Below, one piece after another: positions 57,976 through 64,000 of a stretch of DNA of 64,000 nucleotides. The notes under the pieces are model-generated. The model was given only the letters and a program-made list of their open reading frames with translations. It was not told the DNA's origin and ran no database searches. Numbering within the stretch: the first letter of the stretch is position 1; each line of letters begins with the position of its first letter. The DNA comes from Bacteriovoracaceae bacterium (GTDB lineage: Bacteria > Bdellovibrionota > Bacteriovoracia > Bacteriovoracales > Bacteriovoracaceae): NCBI GenBank assembly GCA_018649885.1, contig JABIHA010000018.1, positions 1 through 64,000 on the forward strand. The letters run 5' to 3'. The translations under genes and the position numbers were made by a program.

Positions 57976-59292
57976 TTATTTATAAAGGGAGCGAAAGAAA
58001 TCTTTTTGCTCGGGAAAGGATATGATGGCATTTTCAATTGCATTGTTAATGGCATCAGCATTTCTATCCACTTCGATAGATTTTCTTATGACGATTTCGT
58101 GTATTCTCGGAGTACCAGCTCCATTTTTAAGAGCGTTACTAGCAAGTTGTAATACTTCGCCGGCAGGGTAGTGATCACATTTGATCTCAAGCTCTAAATC
58201 TTTAAGCTCTCCTGGTTTTAAATCTGGCAGTTCTTCAAGCAGGTTAAATAATTTATTGGCCTCATCTGTATGGCCACTTTCAACATAGACCATAGTTATT
58301 TTCTTGAGAATATTTTTTCTTTGATCACCAAGAATAGTGGCCTTTTTTAAAGCATCAAGACCTTGGTCTTCTTGATCATTTTTTAAATAAAATTGACCGG
58401 TAAGTGTTAAGCCCGCTGCAATGGCAGGCCTTAGTGCAACTTGATCCTCGTCTGGATCAAGGTCCATAAAAATTTTATGAAAATTAATGATATCGACAAA
58501 TTTTTCATTAGCTAGAGCGGCTTTCATCAAAAAGGGAAGCATTGATGGAGGAGTAGAGTAATTTAAGACAAACATCAATGCCATTTCGTAAGCTAGTTTA
58601 TAATTCTTTCTTTCAAATTCTAATATCAAGGTATTTTTTAAGCATTGATAATTATCCGGTTGAAATTCAAGACCTTTCTCAAAGGATTCATGTGCTTCAT
58701 CCTTTTTGCCTTGCCCAAGCTTAATTTGGCCTATTAAAGAGTATGCTCCGCTTGGAAGCTCACTTTTTTCAGTGGCAAAGGTCGCGGTTTCAATGGCCTT
58801 TTCCATTTCCCCTGCTCTATAGCTGGCACGAGCATTGTCCATAAGCTGGTGATATTCACTAGGATTAAATTTATGAGAAAGGTTAGATATAAATTTGTTT
58901 TTTAATAAGTCTAGAGTGAAGGGTTTTGAAATAAATGTATCAATTTCAGATTCTGCAAGTTGGCATGTTACTGATGGAGAGTTCTGACCTGATAAGACTA
59001 CAAAACAAGTGTCAATTCTATTGGGAAAAATTTTTATATGCTCTTCAAGAAAATTAATTGAGCTAACTTTTTGTATTCTATAGTCAGTAAATACCACTTC
59101 TGGTTTTTCGGACTGAAGTAAATCTTTTGCTACTGAAAAATTGTCAGCTTGAGAAATATCTTGTTTTTTTACACCCAAACTTTCCGCAAATTTTCTAATA
59201 GAAACTCTAGTGGTTGAGGATGGATCAATAATGAGAACTCTCTTATTCTCAAAAAACTTCCCCGCCATTTCTTCTGCATTTTGGTTCGTCAT
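57976..59292 (-). CDS. Response regulator receiver + TPR protein
   Basis: VLIID, FTDY (phospho-Asp), SKPF; helical TPR-like repeats (A..G..EEA, FEKGLEFQPDN). Confidence 0.8.
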   Translation of the reverse strand: MTNQNAEEMAGKFFENKRVLIIDPSSTTRVSIRKFAESLGVKKQDISQADNFSVAKDLLQSEKPEVVFTDYRIQKVSSINFLEEHIKIFPNRIDTCFVVLSGQNSPSVTCQLAESEIDTFISKPFTLDLLKNKFISNLSHKFNPSEYHQLMDNARASYRAGEMEKAIETATFATEKSELPSGAYSLIGQIKLGQGKKDEAHESFEKGLEFQPDNYQCLKNTLILEFERKNYKLAYEMALMFVLNYSTPPSMLPFLMKAALANEKFVDIINFHKIFMDLDPDEDQVALRPAIAAGLTLTGQFYLKNDQEDQGLDALKKATILGDQRKNILKKITMVYVESGHTDEANKLFNLLEELPDLKPGELKDLELEIKCDHYPAGEVLQLASNALKNGAGTPRIHEIVIRKSIEVDRNADAINNAIENAIISFPEQKDFFRSLYK

Positions 59293-59294
59293 AA

Positions 59295-59735
59295 TTAGCC
59301 AGCTTTAACCTTTTTGAAATCATCAAATATTTTATTCTGTGATTGATTAATTTTATTCAGATATGCTTCCCATTCAGGTTGAGAGTATTGGGAAAACTCG
59401 CATTCAACGAAAGATGCCTCTTCAATATTATCTTGAGATATGACTTTCGTTGAAACTCTTATGGCCCCCTCAATATCACCACCTTTTGGGATTTTTTGTA
59501 TTTTTTGAGGGGAATTCTCAGTTAAAAAATAAATTGTAAGATTGTGACCAATGGCACATTTCTTTTGTGGAATTTTAAAAATACATCCAGCCTTTTTAAA
59601 CTCAATGATTTTTATGATCCTCCAGTCAAGAATTTCTTGTTGGCTAGTATCATTTATCAAAATGGCCCTAGGTGAAGGCATTCGCCTTTTGAAATTTTTC
59701 GAATCAATAACGTCTGTCAAATTCTTGTCTGACAT
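59295..59735 (-). CDS. Hypothetical protein, weakly PilZ-like
   Basis: KRRMP.PR near N-terminus, beta-rich, ends in EFSQ-helix. Confidence 0.5.
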   Translation of the reverse strand: MSDKNLTDVIDSKNFKRRMPSPRAILINDTSQQEILDWRIIKIIEFKKAGCIFKIPQKKCAIGHNLTIYFLTENSPQKIQKIPKGGDIEGAIRVSTKVISQDNIEEASFVECEFSQYSQPEWEAYLNKINQSQNKIFDDFKKVKAG

Positions 59736-59793
59736 ATTTTCTCCATTTGCCCAAGGTGTTTACAGATTGCTTTTAGGTAAACAATTAAAAAAT

Positions 59794-60981
59794 TTAATAT
59801 GAGGACTGAAATCCAATTGTAAAACTGAATTCCGGAACAAATCTGTGATTTATTCTGTCATCATTTTCAATTCTCCAAGTATCATTAGTAAATTCTTTTT
59901 GCTGCTGGGGCTTCATATTTGGTCCCAGTGGCTGTGCCATATGAATAGCTATATTTAAATCCAAGTCCTCAATCACATCTAGGAGTTGGTAGAGAGCTCC
60001 AATGCGTGGTGAGACCATATAGCTTTTAAATGTTCTAATTTCTTCACCCCTACTATTGATATTTTGGGTGATTGCAATTTTATTAATTGGGTAAAAGATC
60101 AGTCCTCCATAAAAAGTAGCTTGCCAATTTTGTGATCTAAAACCGTCCCAAGACATATAGGGACCAACTCCAAGTCTAGTCAATTTTTCTCTCGATATAT
60201 TTTCATTAAAGAGCCCAATCTTTGTGGATTGAGTGCTATATTCACCCATAAAACCAAAATATGTTCTATCGTAATTGTCGTAGTTCACTCTATTTGATGC
60301 CATGGCAAATATTTCAATTCGTGGGCCATAATTCTCTTTTTCAATATCATTTGGATAGTGATAATGAGAGCGGTAAGGGCTGCCAATTCCTGCATTTACA
60401 AGTGTTTTCCACTCTCTGACTTTTACGAAAGGGTAGTGCTTGCCAAGGGGTTCTGGTTTTCGGTAGTCGGTGGGATCATGCTCAAATCGATTGACTGTAT
60501 CACTTAATTCTCTTGAGTCTTTATAGAGAGGTTTAATGAATACTTTGGGTACATATGCAGTTTTACCTAACCTATCTATTGTCTGGTAAAAATCAAATTT
60601 TGTTATTTTAAGATTATCTTTATTTATGGTTCCACTTTTGCTCTCAACGGTCTCTTTTATGTCAGCGCCTCTAATATATTCATTGTAAGAAAGTCCTTCA
60701 TAGTATGCGACTAACTGATAGTTGGGTTTAAATGGAGCGCCTCCCGAGAGATCTTTTTTAATGTAGATGAGATCACCCTTTCTCATTCTTTGAACAATTT
60801 TAGAGTCAATATCAGGTTTCTCAAAAAGGGGAGCATTGAGTGTGATAACTTGGCCTTGATGCTGCTCTCTTTTATAGTATGAGTCCCAAGGCCTTGCTGG
60901 TCGCAAAATAGTACTTCCAGCACTAAAAAGTGACCCTGAGTACAAAACCAATAATATCACTAAAATATTTTTCATAACCAA
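59794..60981 (-). CDS. Secreted/outer-membrane hypothetical protein
   Basis: Signal peptide; SH3-like APLFEKPDIDSKIVQRMRKGD; amphipathic beta strands; aromatic C-terminus. Confidence 0.6.
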   Translation of the reverse strand: MVMKNILVILLVLYSGSLFSAGSTILRPARPWDSYYKREQHQGQVITLNAPLFEKPDIDSKIVQRMRKGDLIYIKKDLSGGAPFKPNYQLVAYYEGLSYNEYIRGADIKETVESKSGTINKDNLKITKFDFYQTIDRLGKTAYVPKVFIKPLYKDSRELSDTVNRFEHDPTDYRKPEPLGKHYPFVKVREWKTLVNAGIGSPYRSHYHYPNDIEKENYGPRIEIFAMASNRVNYDNYDRTYFGFMGEYSTQSTKIGLFNENISREKLTRLGVGPYMSWDGFRSQNWQATFYGGLIFYPINKIAITQNINSRGEEIRTFKSYMVSPRIGALYQLLDVIEDLDLNIAIHMAQPLGPNMKPQQQKEFTNDTWRIENDDRINHRFVPEFSFTIGFQSSY

Positions 60982-62501
60982 TCTACATCAAACTCTATTC
61001 CGTAAGTAAAACCAGCACTAAGTGCATATTTTTTTTCTTCTGACATAATTGCAGTTAATCCATTTTCACTGAAATTGACCCACTCATGGTGAAAGTGAAA
61101 ACCAATCACTCCGATTCCCCAATTGATACGGTCTCTTAACTCAAAACTTACTTGATACCCTCCTGAGGAGAGATTGTGCTGGCTCATAATATAGCTTTTA
61201 TCCTCAGAGTAATCTTTGAACTGATGTCTGAAGGATTTATGTCCACCAAAGGTAATATTAAAATCACCATCACTGATATAAAAAAGGCGCCACCTAAATT
61301 TTGGGCCAAAATAAAATTGGGATAGCCTAGCTCCCGCTCCAAAAGCATTTGAAAAAGAAGTTTTTTGGTAGCCAAATATAAGACCAGGTCTTATGGCAAA
61401 TCTCCAGTGATAAAAACCTGATAATTCAAAACGGTACCCAGTTCCTACGCTCTTTAAACCTTCTCTACCCAGCTCGCTAGCAAAGGGAGCATCTTGTCCA
61501 TATAGACCAAAATGGGGACCAAAATAGAGTTTATTTTCAATATCGTAATAGTTCTTGGCCCTAGGGGAATCATAGGTGATAAATTCTTTTGGAAGGCTCG
61601 AAAGCTGAGTGACTTGTCTTAAATCTTCAATATCTTTTTCGCTTACAATATATTTGTACTTCCCTTTTTTTGTCATAACGAACGTGTCACCACTTTTATC
61701 ATGACCATTTAAGGCCTTTACATAAACCCTTGTAGAGAGTTTGGTTTTCTTTCCGGTCTCTATTTCCTCTAACTGGGTCCCTTTTGGTAAATAGACATTT
61801 CTCTGCCCATTTTTTGCCAACTTTTCAAACTCCTCTTTTTTCCAATGGTCGGTAAATTTGAGATTGTGAATTCTATATTCACCACCTCTCATTTCGGAGT
61901 ACTTTTGATTCAAAAAATCTACTTCTTCATAGAAGTTTCTTTGATCAACGCCTGCATTATTGAAGTTTTCATCTAGTGGTTGAATTTTTTCAAAGTATAT
62001 TGGCTCTTTTCGATTTAACAGTTTTAAATCATTATCTTCATTTGTATAAAGCTCTTTTTCCACAATTTCAAAATCGTCATGTGAGCTGTGTTCATCTAGA
62101 TTCATTTGATATAGTAGCCATTCATTATTTTGGTATTTTTGATTTTGGGTTTTAAGATCTCCCTTAATATTAGAAGTTTCATCTTCTCTAAGAGTTTGAT
62201 CTACTGATAAGATAGATTTTTCTCTTAAGAACTTGTGAGTTTCAAAATCTCCCTCGAAGAAACTATCAGACTTCTCCAAATATTCTAAATCATTTCTATC
62301 TTCCTCTGAAATTGAAGAGAGCTCATCGTCCTGGTCGAGATGGGGATTGTGGGTGCGGTTTGAATCTAACTCATTTTCCTGGGCTAACGCCGTAGTTGCT
62401 ACTAGTAGAACAATCCATTTGAAAATTTTGAAAAGAGCAGTTTTCTTATTCAACCATGCCATCCTTATATATCTATTATCGCTGCCAGCTAAGTTGGCCA
62501 C
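60972..62501 (-). CDS. Secreted/outer-membrane hypothetical protein
   Basis: Signal-like segment ending ALA, acidic N-region, beta-barrel-like C-terminal half; real start probably downstream of 62501. Confidence 0.6.
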   Translation of the reverse strand: MANLAGSDNRYIRMAWLNKKTALFKIFKWIVLLVATTALAQENELDSNRTHNPHLDQDDELSSISEEDRNDLEYLEKSDSFFEGDFETHKFLREKSILSVDQTLREDETSNIKGDLKTQNQKYQNNEWLLYQMNLDEHSSHDDFEIVEKELYTNEDNDLKLLNRKEPIYFEKIQPLDENFNNAGVDQRNFYEEVDFLNQKYSEMRGGEYRIHNLKFTDHWKKEEFEKLAKNGQRNVYLPKGTQLEEIETGKKTKLSTRVYVKALNGHDKSGDTFVMTKKGKYKYIVSEKDIEDLRQVTQLSSLPKEFITYDSPRAKNYYDIENKLYFGPHFGLYGQDAPFASELGREGLKSVGTGYRFELSGFYHWRFAIRPGLIFGYQKTSFSNAFGAGARLSQFYFGPKFRWRLFYISDGDFNITFGGHKSFRHQFKDYSEDKSYIMSQHNLSSGGYQVSFELRDRINWGIGVIGFHFHHEWVNFSENGLTAIMSEEKKYALSAGFTYGIEFDVDWL

Positions 62502-62589
62502 AATGGGGAATATTTGGATGGAGTCAGCGCAGCAATGGTCAGGTGCTTAATATACCGACTATTAATTGTGGGCCTGTGCTTAATTTGGT

Positions 62590-63273
62590 ATGAATAGAGT
62601 AATGGATATCCAAAGTATAGTTTTCAAAATTGCAGTTTCTTTCCCCGGTTTTCTTGTGGCAATCATTTGCCATGAAGTGGCCCATGGCTATGTTGCCATG
62701 CGTTTTGGCGACCACACTGCCAAGTCTGCCGGTCGGTTAAATTTTAATCTTATGACTCATGCAGATCCTATAGGAACTCTTTTGATTCCGTTAATTGGAT
62801 TTGGCATGGGATTTCCCATTATCGGCTGGGCCAAGCCAGTGCCTATTAATCCGAGGAATTTTTCCAATTATAAAAAGGGACTTTTCTGGGTCAGCTTTGC
62901 CGGACCACTCACTAATTTTGTTCTGGGAGTTTTCTCGGCGATTTTAATGGCGATTTGTATTTTTATCATCCCCTCAGATTTTTTTCTCAGAGGCCCATTC
63001 ATTCAGATGTTAGAGTTTTCAATTCTGATCAATTTTGTGCTCTTCCTTTTTAATCTGATTCCACTTCCTCCGCTTGATGGCTCGAGAATGCTCAGTATCT
63101 TTCTCGATTACAATACAAATTTGAAGTATCAGCAGCTTGGTAATTACACAACAATCATACTTCTCGCACTACTATTTACAGGTGCCCTGAGATATTTGTT
63201 CATGCCAATTATTTGGCTTGCCCAGGTAACAATTGCGCTTTGTAACTATGTAGTGCTGATGATATTTTCGTGA
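62590..63273 (+). CDS. Site-2 protease (peptidase M50)
   Basis: HEVAHG, GWAKPVP, AGP, NLIPLPPLDG. Confidence 0.93.
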   Translation: MNRVMDIQSIVFKIAVSFPGFLVAIICHEVAHGYVAMRFGDHTAKSAGRLNFNLMTHADPIGTLLIPLIGFGMGFPIIGWAKPVPINPRNFSNYKKGLFWVSFAGPLTNFVLGVFSAILMAICIFIIPSDFFLRGPFIQMLEFSILINFVLFLFNLIPLPPLDGSRMLSIFLDYNTNLKYQQLGNYTTIILLALLFTGALRYLFMPIIWLAQVTIALCNYVVLMIFS

Positions 63274-63280
63274 GGAATAA

Positions 63281-64000
63281 ATGAGTGATTTAGTTGTCAG
63301 TGGAATGAGGCCAACCGGCTCTCTTCATATGGGTCATTATGTCGGAGTCATAGAGAACTGGCTTGATCTTCAAAAAAAATACCCATGTTACTTTTTCTTA
63401 GCTGACTGGCATGCCCTTACTTCAAACTACCAAAAAGTCGAAGTTATAAAACAAAGTCGCTATGAATATGTCAAAGGCTGGATTGCCAGTGGTATTGATG
63501 CCGAAAAATGTGTGGTTTACAATCAGTCTGCCATTTCTGAGGTTTTAAATCTAAGCCAACTTTTTCTATGCTTAACTCCTCCCGGTTGGGCCGAACGATC
63601 TCCAAGCTGGAAGGACCTTAAAACCAATCCAGATAAAGTTCACGACAACCTTGGATTTTTTACTTATCCGGTTCTTCAAAGTGCAGATATTTCAATTATG
63701 AATGGAAAGTTTGTTCCAGTTGGCGAAGATCAGGTGGCCCACGTTGAATTATCCAGAGATATTGTCAAAAAATTCAACCGCCTCTATAGGGGCAAATTGA
63801 AAGAACCCGAGGCCATTTTAACAAAAGTTTCCAGGTTAGTTGGCACTGATGGTGACTCAAAAATGAGTTCTTCTAAGAAGAATGCCATAACGCTCAGAGA
63901 AACAGAAAAGAGTCTTCAGAAAAAAGTGAACAAAATGGTCACTGATATGAAAAGAATGGGCATTAATGATGCAGGAAACCCAGACAATTGCTCGGTCTTT
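63281..64000 (+). CDS. trpS: Tryptophanyl-tRNA synthetase, 5' part (truncated by window edge)
   Basis: Hand translation: MSDLVVSGMRPTGSLHMGHY (HIGH), ADWHALT, YPVLQSADI, VPVGEDQ, KMSSS. Confidence 0.95.
   Translation, partial: MSDLVVSGMRPTGSLHMGHYVGVIENWLDLQKKYPCYFFLADWHALTSNYQKVEVIKQSRYEYVKGWIASGIDAEKCVVYNQSAISEVLNLSQLFLCLTPPGWAERSPSWKDLKTNPDKVHDNLGFFTYPVLQSADISIMNGKFVPVGEDQVAHVELSRDIVKKFNRLYRGKLKEPEAILTKVSRLVGTDGDSKMSSSKKNAITLRETEKSLQKKVNKMVTDMKRMGINDAGNPDNCSVF

Noticed and set aside
57805..58152. 115-aa plus-strand ORF
   Set aside because: Overlaps the REC-TPR gene antisense and the promoter region of 57762; no motifs; likely shadow ORF
285..62550. Many 60-120 aa ORFs nested in or antisense to larger genes
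   Set aside because: Ser/Phe/Leu-rich compositions typical of shadow frames; no independent evidence
1..64000. tRNA, rRNA, integrase or transposase genes
   Set aside because: None recognised in the intergenic gaps or ORF track; tRNAscan/Rfam not run

Overview
AT-rich bacterial chromosome segment. The gene content and the style of the hypothetical proteins suggest Bdellovibrionota (Bacteriovoracia-like); this is inference only. Region 1-31 kb is a large surface-glycan locus: fcl, two gmd genes, GT4/GT2 transferases, an asnB-like amidotransferase, wzx, several GT-C-like membrane proteins with polyprenyl-phosphate GT2s, and a module of GT-C/phosphoribulokinase fusion, HAD, tandem nucleotidyltransferase and GDPD. 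It is interrupted by a ~980-codon secreted-protein gene broken by four reconstructable frameshifts. Region 31-41 kb is accessory: a B12-radical SAM with an acyltransferase, a CxxCH protein, GNAT, BlaI/BlaR1 with a triple operator, a pilin-like protein with an HhH motif, and several long hairpins. The strongest novelty candidate is 41-49 kb, a tightly coupled 10-gene operon. In it a homolog of the archaeal tetraether-lipid synthase (Tes/GDGT-MAS radical SAM) heads a dedicated type II fatty-acid-synthase set (FabI, three SDRs, FabZ, KS plus a catalytically dead KS partner, an extended ACP, an SGNH hydrolase). This suggests a pathway to C-C cross-linked, macrocyclic or membrane-spanning acyl lipids. 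Region 49-64 kb is mostly core (SWIM-SNF2, rpoD, dnaG, trmB, M50 protease, trpS). No rRNA, tRNA, CRISPR array or transposase was recognised. All family assignments come from motif recognition by eye; no searches were run.
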